In this document: one piece after another, positions 24,111 to 37,594 of the stretch | How the letters are laid out: the number at the start of each line of letters is the position of its first letter | Position numbering within the stretch: position 1 is the first letter of the stretch | DNA from: Lama glama | Lineage: Eukaryota | NCBI GenBank assembly: GCA_028534125.1 | Contig: CM052832.1 | Span: forward strand, 10,790,001 to 10,854,000 | DNA: 64,000 nt | Direction: 5' to 3' | Program-made: the position numbers and the translations under genes | The notes under the pieces: model-generated | Told to the model about the DNA's origin: nothing | Databases searched by the model: none | The model's input: only the letters and a program-made list of their open reading frames with translations

Positions 24111-24844
24111 CCACAGTTTCTGACAGGTCCTAGACCAGACTTCCCAGACAGGAGTCGGGGAAGAGGTCCCCTGGACTCCGTGGAGTTTGGAGGCTTCCGG
24201 GGAACCTCTCAGCCTCGAATGGCCCAAGCACTGTGGGTAGGTGTTGGAGTGGGGGTGGGGGACGTGTGGGAGGGGACGGTGAGTCCCAGGCCTTCCAGAA
24301 TGTACGTAGGCCACAGCATGGTGTCTGAGGGCAGTGGCTCTGGCTTTGTATTTAGCAGACCATCGAATCACATCGATAATGTGATACCTGTGATCCGGAG
24401 GCACCACCCAGAAGGCCCTTGGCCTGAGGCCTCATAAGAGTTAGGGGCAGAGCTGCAATTCAGACCCTCCTAATGACAACTTCTGACCTTTCCCACCACC
24501 TGGAGGCCTCTCACTATAAAGAAAATTTTAACCAGCCTCAGGCAGCTCTTGGGGACCCAGACTCATATAGGAGACTGGAGGGTTTGCCCTGATCCCCTGC
24601 TTCTGTGTGCCCCTGCTGCAGGGCTTTGAGGACCGTGGTTCTCACTCAGAGCCTAGGCATCCAGGATCCACCAATGGGAAAAGGTTGCTGAGCAGATGAG
24701 GATGCCTCTGACCAATGAGAAGAGAAAAACGTCTCAGAGGCTAATAGGAGGAGACCCATGTGTTAATATTTATTGGGCGCTTTTGAAAGACTCAGTCCTG
24801 AAAAGTTCAAAAGCCATCATTATATTTGAGCACCCCATATTACT

Positions 24845-25610
24845 TATTTAAAAACTGAAATAGAATTCACATAACAAAGCTCATCTTTTTAACCATTATA
24901 AAATGTACAATTCAGTGGCTTTTAGGGCATTCACAATGTTATGCAACCATTACCGCTATTTAATTCCAGAACATTTTATCACCTCTCTCCCAAAGGAGAC
25001 CCATACACATTAAGCAGTTACTCCCCATTCTCCACTCCCCTTAGCTCCTGGCAACCACTAATCAGCTTTCTGTTTTGTTGGATTTGCCTATTCTAGATGT
25101 TTTATGTAAATAGAGTCGCACAATATATAACCTTTTGTGTCTGGCTTCTTTTACTTTTCATAATGTTTTCAGGGTTTATCCGTGTTGTAGCATGTATTGG
25201 TACTCCATTCTTTTCAAGGCTAAATGTTCCATTGCTCAGATATACCGTATTTCATTTACCCATTCATGGTGATGGACATTTGGATTGTTTCCACCTTTTG
25301 GTTATGAATAATTCTGCTATAAACTTTTGTGTATACATGTTTTTTGTTTGAACGTATGTTTTCAGTTCTCTCGACTATATACCTAGGAGTAGAATTGCTG
25401 GGTCATATGATAATTCTATGTTTAACTTTCCGAGGGAATGCCAGCATACAGTTGATGAACCATTTTACATTCCTACCAGCAATATATGAGGGTTCCACTT
25501 TCTCCACATCCTCATCAACATTTATTTTCATTAAGAAAAAAAATATATATATAGCTATCCTAGTAGGTATGAAGTACTATCTCATTGTGGTTTTTATTTG
25601 CATTTCTCTT
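24845..25610 (-). mobile_element. L1MB-like LINE-1 3' end
   Basis: 'tgtacaattcagtggcttttag...tgcaaccattacc...ccagaacattttatcacc...cctaggagtagaattgctgggtcatatg'. Confidence 0.88.
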
Positions 25611-25782
25611 GCTGTTTGTTTCGTGATTTTTCTGACCTTGTTTTGTAAAGTTTATATTCTTTAACATGTGTGGTCATTAAAGTCTGTTCTGTTAGATTAT
25701 TGGTCAATTAGTGGTTCATAAGGGCATAAGAAATTTCCCTGAAAGAAAAAATACCTCCCAGTCTTTGCAGATGGAGTGTGTT

Positions 25783-25815
<33 letters not shown>

Positions 25816-26570
25816 TGGGATGTGCATTCAACACTCAGCCAGTCTACATTTCTGCCTACACCTTCACTTCTTCTCCTACAGAGCCTGAAAATCAGCCAGA
25901 GGTAAGAGCATAGGGCCTTCTCAGGTCTTTTCTAAGCATGTTCTCAGCCCTGAGTATGTGCATGGCCTTCTAGATTCCCAGAAATGTGTGGCAAATTTTT
26001 ATAATCCTTATTTATCAAAGCATCTCATTCCCCAGCCTTTCCTCCCAAACCTTTAGGTTAGTCTGTTAGTTTCCTCAGCTGTTATTCCTTGTCTCAGGAA
26101 GCAGCACCTAATACATTTGCCTTTAAAAGTTTTGAACCAGTTTTCCCTGGGTAGCTGCCTCAACCCTGGGAATATTCCGAGTTAGGTGAAGCAAGGCAAG
26201 CCATTTGAGGCAGGTCTTCAAGGAACCACAAGACAGGTCAAAACAAAAATCACATTTATTTGAGAATAAGGTCTATTTTGTTCCCTCTGGTCCCAGGTAC
26301 ATACTGGGAATGCCAGCTGTTGTCTTCAGGCTGCTGCCAAGCTGAGAAGGGGACATGGGATCAGGGTAAGTTAAAATGTCACAAAGCTCTCTTATCTAGA
26401 CTTAACTGTTTTTTCTTGATTAATCATTTCTCTGCTTGAGTTAAGATTTTGGTTAGATTCCAGAGTTCTGAAAAAGTTGATTCTCACACTGTTTGCCAGT
26501 TAATTCACTGCTTTTGTGGAGAACAAACTTTTGGAGTTTCTACTCCACAATTTTTGCTTTTGTCACCTCC
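25610..26570 (-). mobile_element. Ancient L1M 5' region fragment
   Basis: 'cagagcctgaaaatcagccagagg...agggccttctcaggtcttttct...ttccagagttctgaaaaagttgattct'; contains a (TG)n at about 25776-25815. Confidence 0.65.
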
Positions 26571-26679
26571 CCATATCCCTTTGAAGTCAGTACATATTAG
26601 GAGCTAAGTTCCTGAGAAGTTCAGTGTTCAAGGAACTCCTAAGAGCAAAGATGTGGCCCATCTGAAACTTGAGAGTGTC

Positions 26680-29600
26680 ATTTCCTCCACATTCTCACCA
26701 ACACATAACATAATCAGTTTTTAAATTCTAGCCGTTGTAGAGTATGTGTAGTAGAGTTTCATTGTGGCTTGAATTTGCATTTCTCTAATGACTACTGATG
26801 TTGAGTATCTTCGTGTGCTTATTTGCCATCTATCTTCTTTGGTGGAATGCCTCTTCAAATAGTTTGCCCATTTTCTTATAGATTTGTATGGTTTGTTTTT
26901 ACTAAGTTTTGAGAGTTTTTATACATTCTGTATATAAGTCCTTTGTCAGAAATGTGATTCACAAATATTTTATCCCAGCCTGTAGCTTGTGTGATGCTAT
27001 TTGTAGGTTTTCCAAAGATATTCTTTATCAGGTTCGGGAGGTTCCCTTCCATCCTTACTTTGCTTAGAATTTTTTATCAGGAATGGATGTTCATTTTTTT
27101 AAAAATGATTTTTCAGAATCCATAGACAGGATCATATAACTTTTACTTTTTGGTTTCTTAATATGGTAAATTATGTTGATTGATTATTTTAAATGCTAAA
27201 CCAACATTGAATTCTTGGAATAAATCCCACTTGGTCATGACATATTATTCTTTTACTATTTTGTTGAATTTTATTTGCTAATATTTTATTAAGAATTTTT
27301 ATATCTATGTTTATGACAGATATTAGTCTTTAGTTTTATTTTCTTATGATGTCCTTGCCTGATTTTGTTATCAGGGTTATGCCTAACTTATAAAATGAGT
27401 TGGGGAATATTTCCTTCTTTTTAATTTTCTGGAAAAGTTGATGTTAAATAGGTATTATTTCCTCCCTGAACGTTGATAAGGTTCATCAGTGAAGCCACCT
27501 GGGTCCAAAGGATTTTTGTTTGAAGGTTTCTAACTACATGTTAAAATTTAAAGATAGACAGAACTATTCAAGTTATTTATTTCTTCTTGCATAAGTTTTG
27601 GGAGTTTGTGTCTTTTAATAAATTTGCCCATTTCATTAAGTTGTGAAACTTAATATTCTGCTATTATCTTTTTATTATCCATAAAATCTGTAATAATGCA
27701 CTTCTGTTATTTTTGATTTTTGATATTAATAATTTGTGTTTTGTCTATTTTTTCCTCGTTAGGCTAGCTGGGAGTTTTTTGATTTGAGACTGTTCTTTTC
27801 TGATATGGATGCCTAGTGCTATAAACTTCCCTTTGGATAATGTTTTAGCAGCATCCCACAAATTTGATAATTTTTTGCTTTCATTTTCATTCAGTTATCC
27901 TTATTTCCTTTGTCTATTAATGCTAACATTTGTGTCCAGTTCTAGTTGGTTTTAATTAATTGACTTTCTTCTTCATTATGGGTTATATTTTCCTGCCTCT
28001 TGGCATGCCAGGTTAATTTTTTTATGAGATATCAGACATTGGGAATCTCAATTTACTAGATTTTGGCTATTTTTGTATTCCTATAAATATTCCTGGGCTT
28101 TGTTCTGGAATGCAGTTAAGTTACTTGGAAGCAGTTCAGTCTTTGCTTAAAAAATTTCTCAGAGCAGCGTTTAGTCTAGGGTTAATTATTCCCTGTTTTT
28201 GAAGCAAGATCATTCTGAGTACTCTGTATACTTCTACATGAATTATGAGGTTTTCCAGGTCAAATAGCTGGAGCAGACACTGCTCTTGGTTCTGTGAGAG
28301 TATCTGACAGTCTTTCCTTTTATCCTTTGAGGAGGTTCTTTCCATGGCTTTGGGTAGTACTATGGTCTCAATATTTGTGTTCTCCCCAAATTCATATGTT
28401 GAAATCCTAGCCCCCAAAAGTAATGGTATTAGTAGGTGGGGCACTTGGGAGGGGCTTTAAGTCATGAGGATGGAACTCTCATGAATGAGATTAGTGCCTT
28501 TTAAGAGAGGCTCCAGAGAGCTTCCTAGCCGCTTCCACCTTATGAAGGTACAGTGAGAAGTCTGAGAGCAGAGGAGGTCTCCCACTGGACCGTGCAGGCA
28601 TCCAGATCCAGAACCGTGAGAAATAAACTTCTGTTGTTAGAAGCTTCCCAGTCTTTGATATTTTTTATAGCTGCCTGAATGGATTAAAACATTAGTTAGT
28701 TTCTTCATGTATGTTCTGACCAGCATTCAGTTGACTACTTGAGGGGGACCCTCTGGAGCTCTCCTCTCTCCGGTCCTTTGTCCTATGAACTCTGTCTTCC
28801 TTGATCTCCTCAGACTCTCAGCTTCTCAAATCAGGGAGTCCATGGGGCTCTGCCTTGCCTCACCCTCCCTGCACTGGGGCCTCGAAGCTCTCTCCAGGGC
28901 CTCAGCCGATGCAATGGTAGAGCTCATCTCATTTGTTTTCCAACTCTTCAGGATCACTGTCCTTCGTGGTTTGAAGTCTAGTCTCTTGAAAACCATTGTT
29001 TCATGTCTTTTGTTCATATTTTTTTGTTTTAGGTGGCAGGCAGAGTGAAGTCTGTCTTTTCCTCCATCTTTGAAAGGGCATTTAAAATGTTTTCTTTTTA
29101 TTTCCACTTTTACTGCATTGAGATCAGAGAATTCTGTTTGTAATATTCCTACTATGGAACCTACTTATGTTTCCTTTGTGATATAATATATGATCATTTT
29201 CAATGAATCTTTCATGTCTGCTGGAGAAGAAAGTATATTTTTTATTAAAGGGTGCAGCATTTAATACATATTTATGAAATCTAATTTATGATTCATGTTG
29301 GTTAAGTCTTCCCTGTTCATACTTATTTTTTGTTCATGTTCCCTTCTCGTCCTGAGAGCAGTGTGTAAAACTATCCTATCATTATTGTTCCATCTATTTA
29401 TCTTTGTTTTGCTATAATTTCTATTTTATAAATAGATGGTTTCTGTCTAATCTGGTGCATAGATAGTAATAACTGATCAATTTTATTGTATTGTAGATTG
29501 TGGCTTTTTACATTATAATGTTTTTATTTCTCTTGGTTTTTTGGGTTTTTTTTTTTTTTGCCTACATTCTGCATTTTCTAATACTAGGCTTACCCTTGTT

Positions 29601-30730
29601 TTAGAGTTGTTCTGTTTACCTGGCATAACTTTTCCCATTCCCTTTCAAGTTTTTAGCCTTTGAATCACTTTGTTTCAAATGTTTCTCCTATATATGGAAG
29701 AGATCAGAGTTTTCCTTTGTAAGATATTTTAAAAATATATATCTTATATTAGGCAAGTTAATCTCCTTTACATTTATTGATATGACTAATATATGGATGT
29801 CAGTTCTTTGTAACATTTTATATTATAATTAGTCTATGTATTATGTTATGCTTACTTTGTTTCTGTATATGGCTCCTTTGTTTTTTTTTAATACAAAATT
29901 CTTTGATATTTATAAAAGTATACATTTTGACCTCATAGTTTCCTTTGCATTGCCATCTTTTAAAGTATCCTCCTCCTCCTTTTTCCTTACTTAACCTTTT
30001 ACTATCTGGACTGTCAATTCTAAATGGTATCGTTTGATTCCTACTGTTCCCTGTGCAACAGTGATCTTATTCTACTTTCTTTTTTCTGTCTTCCTTCTTA
30101 GCTCAAATTTTAAGTTGCGTTTTTTTCTATATCAGAGCATATGAAATTTACAAACTATTTTCCCCCTTTGCTCATGATCCTTGTTTAAATTTTAGATCTG
30201 CATGCTTTAGATTCACTTTAAGTACACTACATCCTCCATCATTCTTTTGCCAAGGATCCCCCCAGTCATCTCTTGATCAAATAGAATTCATCCTCTAACA
30301 GGTTATCCAAGAAGGGCTCATGTGCACAGATTCTTTCACTCTTTGTATATATAATTTATTTTTCCATAGCCTTGATATTGAATGACAGCTTTGTTGCATA
30401 TAAAATCTGTGGTTCACAATTTGTTTCCTTTCTTTTGGTTACCTGAAAATAATGTTCCATTCTTGCCTTGCTTTGCAGATTGCTCTTGAATATCCTGATG
30501 CCAATAGAATTTTCATACTCTTGTAGGTATTATGGGTATTGTGTCTAGAGGCCTTGAGTATGGCTTCTTTTGCCTTTAAAGTCTAATCATTTTATCATCT
30601 GTGTCTCTAAGTTGATTATTCTCAGTCAATTTATGCATTCCCTTACATAAATTTAGGTTTTCTCTTATTTCTATAAAAGATTCTTGAATTTTGTTTTAAA
30701 AATATTAGTTTTATTCTGTTGTTCCCTTTA
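26680..30730 (-). mobile_element. Patchwork of ancient L1M (L1MC/L1ME-like) fragments
   Basis: AT/T-rich block with L1 ORF2 antisense motifs 'ataaatcccacttggtcatga', 'cagtgaagccacctggg', 'tttagcagcatcccacaaattt'. Confidence 0.75.
28358..28691 (+). mobile_element. MLT1A-like MaLR solo LTR inserted in L1
   Basis: 'tactatggtctcaatatttgtgtctccccaaattcatatgttgaaatccta...gaaccgtgagaaataaacttctgttg...gaatggattaaaaca'. Confidence 0.9.
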
Positions 30731-31469
30731 ACTTTCAGGGTTACCAGTGTTTTTGAACATGATAAAAGACGTGGAATATAATAGAAAAGTGGAGGAACTT
30801 GGTTTAGATAGGACCACAGATAGTTCATTTATGTCATGGGCAGGGAAACAGGGGGAGTGGATGTGGATGCTGACAGGTGGTGCCTAAAGAAGTGCTCTCC
30901 TAATTGCTTTGACTTTTTCAGTGGTGAGGAAGCAAAACCTAAGCTCTCTCTAATTCCCCTCACCTGACAAAAAGGAAAGAGATGAGTGCATTTGCCAAAT
31001 TTAAATTTGTGTTCTGAATGTAAGTTATTTACCAAAATCTGTGAGTGATGTTCTAGAAGGAGCTCAGAGAACAGTCAGTCCCTGACCCTTCTACCTAGTG
31101 GAACGCCCAGAGCTACTTGCTCCTGGGATTTGTTCACATCCACAGGGATTGAAGACAGCATTGATGGGGCATGTGAACCAAGGGAGAGGCCGGACAATCC
31201 AGAGGACTGTGTGGGAGGTGGTGGGGTCCTGCCCTATATTGCTTTAGGAGCAGTGAGAGAAAACACAGGGACGTGGACTTTGAGTGAGTATAGGAAAGAA
31301 CTTTCAAGGACTGGGTGAAGATGTGTGAGGTAGTGAATCCTCTCTCCCGGGGAGTGCACATACAGTAGCTGAATATCATGATGTCGGGGATGTTGGGTTA
31401 GAGATTTGGTCCACAGGGTAATTGCCAGATGATCTCCATAGCAACTCCAAGTTGACTGTTCATCTTCTC

Positions 31470-32245
31470 TCTATATCTGAATGCTCTTTGTCAACAGCTC
31501 TTGTCCACTCTACCTTCAACATATATTCAGAACCTAGTCATTTCTAACTTCCTGCATCTGAAGTGCCCTGGACCAGACAACGTTTTCTCTCTCCTGAATT
31601 ATTTCATAGTCTTCCAGATGATCTCTCTGTTTCCTTCTTGGCACCCCTATTCTTCTACCCCAATCTATTCTCAAAACATCAGTCTCAAAACCTCTTAAAT
31701 TATAAGGCAGGCAGTGTCACTCCTGTGTGTCAAACTCCATGTTCCCCAAGTCCTAATAATGTCCTACATGGTCGCATGTGATCTGCCCCTCTCCTCACCC
31801 ACCTCTGACCTCATCCTCAACAGCGCCCCTCCTTGCCTGGTGCTCCCCACTTACACGGGCCCCCTGGCTGTTCCTCAGAGGTGCCAGACATGCTGTCTCT
31901 GCCTTCAAAGGGCCCTAGCAATTTCTTCTTCCTAGAATACTTCTGCCTCAGATATTTAGAGGGCTCACTTTTTTCTACTTTCTCCTTAGATTTCATTACT
32001 ATTCAAAGAGGCTCTGCCTGTCCTTTAGAAAAAAGCACTCCCATCCTTTTACCTTCCTTTATTTTTCACAATAGTACTTACCACCCACATATGATATTTT
32101 TAATTATTTGTTTATATTCTGACTGCCTTGCCTGACAATGGCTTTGTCTGTTTCTTCATTGCTGAATTCTCAGTGTCTAGAAGGGACCTAGAACAGAACC
32201 AGTGCTCAAGAAATATTTGTGAAAGGAAAGAATAAGTGAATAGAT
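31470..32245 (+). mobile_element. L2a-like LINE 3' portion
   Basis: 'ctctaccttcaacatatattcagaa...agggccctagca...gtgctcaagaaatatttgtgaa'. Confidence 0.8.
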
Positions 32246-33439
32246 GTGATAGTGTTTTCATAGGGGTGTAGGACAATGTGACAGTCAGCCAGGACTTGTC
32301 TCCTTCCTCCTGGAGGAAAGGGAAGGACCAACGGTTTTATAACTTGATGGGGCTTTAAAATCTTACTGTGTTCCAGTTCCAGCAGAGATGCAGCAAACGC
32401 ATGGCAGCCTCTGTCTCCCACTGACTGTGAAACCTGGGCAGAGAGCACCATACAGCTATTTGAAGTCTCTGAACAATAAGTATCAGCAAGTGGATTAAGG
32501 GGTGGGTGGAATGAGGATTCCAAGTACTACCAAACTTGTAGTGAATTGAGCCTCTTTTTCCCTTGGGCCTCCCCTGAGCAGAACTTAGCATGGCCTGAAA
32601 GTGAGTGCTTGGTGCAGAAAGAGAGAGAGATAGGAAGGAGACCCTCTGATTCTGGTTAGAGCAGTGAAATAAAGGACTCCTAAAGTTTAAAGCATGGGGA
32701 GGGATCCCTAAGTTTCCCTTTCTTTTTTTTTCCCCAGCCTCATGTCCCAGCCACCAGGGAGTCCATGGCAGCTGACGTGGCTGTCAACATACAAAGGATG
32801 GCCAGGCCTCTAAGGAAGGGAAGCCTGTGCTCTCACCTCACAATGCTCTTTCTTCCTGCTTTGGGGGAGTGTCCCAGTGTTGGGCACCTCAAGGCTCCTG
32901 ATACCTATCACTCTCACCTGCCGCTTTGTAACCCAGATCCATGGATGTGGGACTGCACGTGCTCTTGGGGACCCAGCTGCTGTCATATCTGGGACAAATC
33001 AAGAAGCCTGGCTCCAGATCCCCGAAAATATTCTATAGCTGGGCTCTACCCATCACCCCACCTGGGCCCTGAGCTCCTCAGATGAGCTGAGCCCAGCCTG
33101 CTGGACCGAAGTACAGAGGGCAGAGACAATGAGCCACTGGCCTTTTAGAAATTGTCATGATCCCTGGGTCAACTGTGACTTCTGGGTATGGGGAATAGGG
33201 TTAAGCTGGAGCTTAAGGAGAGGCAGGCAGAGGAGGAGCTCTGAGATCTGGCCTTCTAGAATATTCCAAAGAGCATTGGGTGGGCCAAGCCATGGTATCT
33301 GTGATGAAAAATAGAAGCCCAGGAGGTGGGGCCCCTGTTAACCTTCCTTGGCCATTCTGAGACTCCATGAGAAGGAAGGTTCTTAGCACTGCAGAAAGGG
33401 TTTTATGAGTGGGGAAGGGAGATGCTTGTGTTTCTTTGT

Positions 33440-33620
33440 ACCTGTGCTCTGCCAGTTACTGCTTACTAAGCTCGGGACACAGGATAGGATACCCATATTC
33501 CACATGAACAAACTGAGGCACAGAGAGGTTAAACAAACCTCGGTGTCCAAGGTCACAGACTTGGTAAATGACAGGGCTGTGGAAGCCTTAAATGTACACA
33601 TTTGCCTGTGTTGGAATTGA
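33440..33620 (-). mobile_element. MIR SINE
   Basis: 'aaactgaggcacagagaggttaa...tccaaggtcacag'. Confidence 0.8.
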
Positions 33621-34499
33621 CATATAACACAGACAATTACTTAATTCCTAAAGTCCTGAATCCTAACACATGCACCCTGAACTTTAAGAAGGCAGAGGCC
33701 AGCAGCAGTGTGAGGGAGACATAGAAACCACAACAATTCACTTTCAGTGTCTGGCTGGGTACAAGTCGCCCTGCCATTGTGCTGAGAAGTGGAGAACCAG
33801 GCCCAGGCCCATTGAGGTCTTCAGAAGTCTCCCTGTGGAACTTTTTATGCCTCCAGCTGGTCCCCTTGTGTTTGAGGAATACACAGCTTGGGCAAGGATG
33901 GATTGGCCAGAGGACCGCCTGGTCCAAGGTGGCTCTCAGCTGAGAGGATTCATGGTGCTTTTGGAGGGTGCCAGACCCACATGCCTCCTGATCTGCATGT
34001 GATCACTACTTGAGGGGTGTGGCTGTCCCCCTAGACTGTTCCTGGGCTGGAAGTGGTAAGGTGGAAGGCAGGATGCTGTGGGGAGGGGAGCCCTTCCATC
34101 CTATCTGATCTCAGACCTGCCTCCTTAGTGCCCCACGCCTGACCCAGCTATATTTAGAAGCTCAAGTAACTAGATTGACTGGACCAGCTCAGCCCTCTTC
34201 CCTTCTGAGAACTCTGGAGGGGCCAATTCCTCATACCTTTTAATCAAGTCTTCCGTTTCTCCAGGCAACCAACACAAAAGGCCTGGGCCCAGCATAGGAG
34301 CTGCTTCAGCTCCAACACACAGGTTCTCTTTTCTGTTCTGCATTCTTCCAGGCTGGGTAATTACAGATCTGTCTCAGAGGCATTCTGTTTCTTAGCATCG
34401 GCTGCCAGTTTGTGTTAAGCTGGTCTCGCCACTTCTAGCTGGTGTTTCGCTGCAGAGTACTGTCTCCCAGCACACGGCCGTCCGTGGTCTGCACCCTGT

Positions 34500-35450
34500 A
34501 TGGATGCCTTCATGTGCACACTAGTACACAACAGCGTGTGCCCTCTACATGCCAGGCCAAGCTGGTCCAGGTTCAGGGCCCACCACGGTGAATAGAGGGC
34601 AAGATCGCTGTGCCCCTGGAGTTTCCATCTTAGTGGCAGAAACTGTAAACCATGAACATGTCAGGTAGTGAGAAATGCTGAAGGAATTTCAGAGAAGGGG
34701 AGTGGCTGGCTCGGGTGGCTACTTTATTTTTTATAGGGGTGGGCCGGAGACAGGTGCATTCATGTTTGTGCAATTCTAATGATTACAATGAAAGCAAACA
34801 CTTTAAAAGTTTCCCCTGTGCTTCAGCCTCTGTCCTATATTCTTATGTTAACTAACTTAATCCTCACAACAATCTCACATGGTTATTGCATGAGTTCCTT
34901 ACACAAATTACCACAAACTGGGCGGCTTAAAACAACAGAAATGCATTCTTTCACGGTTTTAGAGGCCAGATGTCCAACATCAGGGTGTCATCAGCACTGG
35001 TGCCCTCTGGAGTCTTAAAGGGAGAATCTATTCCAGGCCTCTCTCCTATTTTAGGTGGCTGCCAGCAATCTTTGGCACTCCTTGGCTTGTGACTGCACTC
35101 CAGTTCCTCCCTCTGTCTTCACATGGCCTTTCCACCTGTGTGCCTCCGTCTCTTCTCTTTTTCTGTGTCTTAAAGGATAGTCCTCATTGGATTTAGGGCC
35201 ACACTAATGCAGGATGGTCTCATTCAGAGATCCAATGGCTACTTTAGATAGTGTCATCAGGCTGCGCCTCTCCCAGGAGACATGGAATTCAGAAGGCCAA
35301 GCATTCTAGGCAAGGGGAACAGCAGAGACAGAAGCCCTACTTGGGAATGAGCATGCTGTGTTTGTAGCTGGAGAGCAGTAGCAGGGCTCAGGAGGGAGGG
35401 ATGGTAGGATCTGAGGTCAGAGATATCAACAGGGGCCTGGTCTAAAGAGT
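34500..35450 (-). mobile_element. L2 fragment interrupted by a composite insertion (34727-35235)
   Basis: The L2-like sequence 'gggtggctactttagatag...ggcaaggggaacagc' is restored by removing the insert and one copy of TGGCTACTTTA. Confidence 0.7.
34886..35235 (-). mobile_element. MLT1C-like MaLR LTR, 5'-truncated
   Basis: 'aaattaccacaaactgggcggcttaaaacaacagaaat...tcttcacatggcc...cattggatttagggcc'. Confidence 0.88.
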
Positions 35451-35730
35451 TCAAGGTGCCAGACCTTGGACTCTGCAGTCACATTTCCTGGGCCCAGTTC
35501 CCTACTTGCCCACTTAATAGCTATGTGACCTTGAGCAAGTTACTTAACCACTCGGGTCTCTGGGGGCAGGAGTAATGTCAGTACCTCCTTCTGAGTCATT
35601 GTGATGATCAAATAAGTTAACATATATAAAAGGCTTAGAACACTGCCTGGCACATAGTAGGTGCCATGTGTATATGTGTCAGCTGTTCTTGTTTAATGTT
35701 TGCTATTATGACCAGCTTTATTGTCATTAT
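35450..35730 (+). mobile_element. MIR SINE
   Basis: 'agctatgtgaccttgagcaagttacttaacc...gcctggcacatagtaggtg'. Confidence 0.88.
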
Positions 35731-35737
35731 AAAAAAG

Positions 35738-35837
35738 NNNNNNNNNNNNNNNNNNNNNNNNNNNNNNNNNNNNNNNNNNNNNNNNNNNNNNNNNNNNNNN
35801 NNNNNNNNNNNNNNNNNNNNNNNNNNNNNNNNNNNNN
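35738..35837. other. Assembly gap (100 N)
   Basis: Run of exactly 100 N, the usual placeholder for a gap of unknown size. Confidence 0.99.
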
Positions 35838-36568
35838 CAGGAAAAGGAGGAAAGCAAAGAAATGAGGGAGTAGGCCCGGGCCTGGAGGAGACTGGACAGT
35901 AAGGCTACTTCCTGGAAGCCTCTTTATCGCTTTGGCCTCACCAAGCACTATGGAGATGGCTGGGATAAAGGCATTAAAGGCCCAAGGTCACGCTGGCACT
36001 GGGCTTGTGGCAGGCCGCCGCCTTATTTCTTTCAAGTGCCTAATGAAGCAGTTGGTTGAGATGGTTAATAAACTTTTTTCTAGCTACTCTTCTCAAAACT
36101 CCCATGGGAGGCTGAACTGTTTGGGACTCGGGGGTATAAGGAGAGCATCTAGAGGTGGGGGACCTCTTTGGTGATGAGCCCTGGGTTGACCTTTGGTTTC
36201 ATCTTTGCCAGGGGCAGGTGCAGAAGGAACTGCTGTGTGGGGCTGGCTCGGGGCCCCCCTGTGACCAGACCTCTCAGGTGTGTAGTTAGCCGTCAGAAAT
36301 GCCTGCCTCTCCCCATCTAGATGACCAGAGGCATCGACAAGTTCTGCTTATTTACAAACACACATTCGCACCCCACAGTGCATGGGCTTCTGAAAATGTA
36401 CAGGTAAGTCAAATTTTTGCAAATCTGATTCTGTTCAATGCACTTTGGTTGCTTACTGTTTAAAGAAGCCCTGTTGCAAATCCTCTTGTGAAGTAAGTAG
36501 CTCTCCTCCAATAAATATCAATGTTCATATTTCAGGCTTTCAAATATGGGAGTCCCATCTGTTCAAGT

Positions 36569-36627
36569 ATGTCTGTGTGTGTCTGTCTATGTGTCTCTGT
36601 GTGTGTGTGTCTGTGTGTATGTGTGTC
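36569..36627. repeat. Degenerate (TG)n/(TGTC)n repeat
   Basis: Directly visible. Confidence 0.85.
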
Positions 36628-37594
36628 GACATTCACTCTAGTGCATAAAAAGATCCACGAATACGAAGGGTTCCTTTCTCTTCCCAGCTTTGTTGTGATA
36701 TGTTGCTGGAAAAAGACACACTGTTCCAGCAAAGGGCAGCCCCCAAGCGGCTCAGATCTCTGTCTGAGCGTGTGGCCTGTCCTTCCTGGTGTCTGACTGT
36801 GGCTCCCCAGGGGCATATCCCCGCGGAGGCCACCACGGGGTGAGGCCCAGAGGGAACCCAATCATTTGGGAAAAATGAAAACTGCTTGCTGCCTAGAGTG
36901 GGACGGGAAAGGAGAGACAGATGTGGGAGAAGGGGTGACTGGGAATATTCCTGTAATTTGTTCACAAGATTGCGTTCTACCATCAATTATTCATCAGAGG
37001 ACAGCCAGGGAGCCACTGCTGTTTGCTTTCATTTGCGTGCAGGACAAGGACGGTGGCCCTAATGGTTGTGTATTTCCATGCCAGGAGGAGTGGCCTGACT
37101 TCCCCTGGTAAATTCAAGGCACCTCCCTGGGTATTGCCCCTTGTCTCATCACCTCATGCCACTGAACTCTGTGCGGGAAAGGGTCCCCTTCACTCCCAAG
37201 CGTTTGGCAAACTGGTGCAGGAGCTAGCCAAGGAGCCCCTAGAAAACTCTTCATCATTTATTTATGGTCCCTGGCCTCATCCCTGAAATAATTAGGGTCG
37301 GATATTTTCATATCATGCAGTTAATTGCCATCTGCACTACGTAACAAGTCAGGGCACTGGGTAGCGATCTGGAGGCTCAGGAGGACGGTGGATGGACGTG
37401 AGTCATGGTGTTGGCTGCCACAGCCTGGGTACGGGGGAGGGGAGAGAGCTGTGGGAGGTGCGGGCTCAGGTTCACAGGGAAAGTGTTAAGATCCTGGCAG
37501 AAAACTAGGTTCTTAGCACAGCAGACATCCCAGGCTGCCCCGGGAACTGTCTTATGAGCATGCAGATTTGAGATAAGAAGCCCTGGGTTCTAGC

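Noticed and set aside
23481..24407. ORFs of 140-191 aa across the promoter-like element
   Set aside because: GC-rich stop-poor sequence, mostly non-ATG starts, no recognisable domain.
35666..35948. ORFs spanning the N run
   Set aside because: Artefacts of the assembly gap; distances across 35738-35837 are unreliable.
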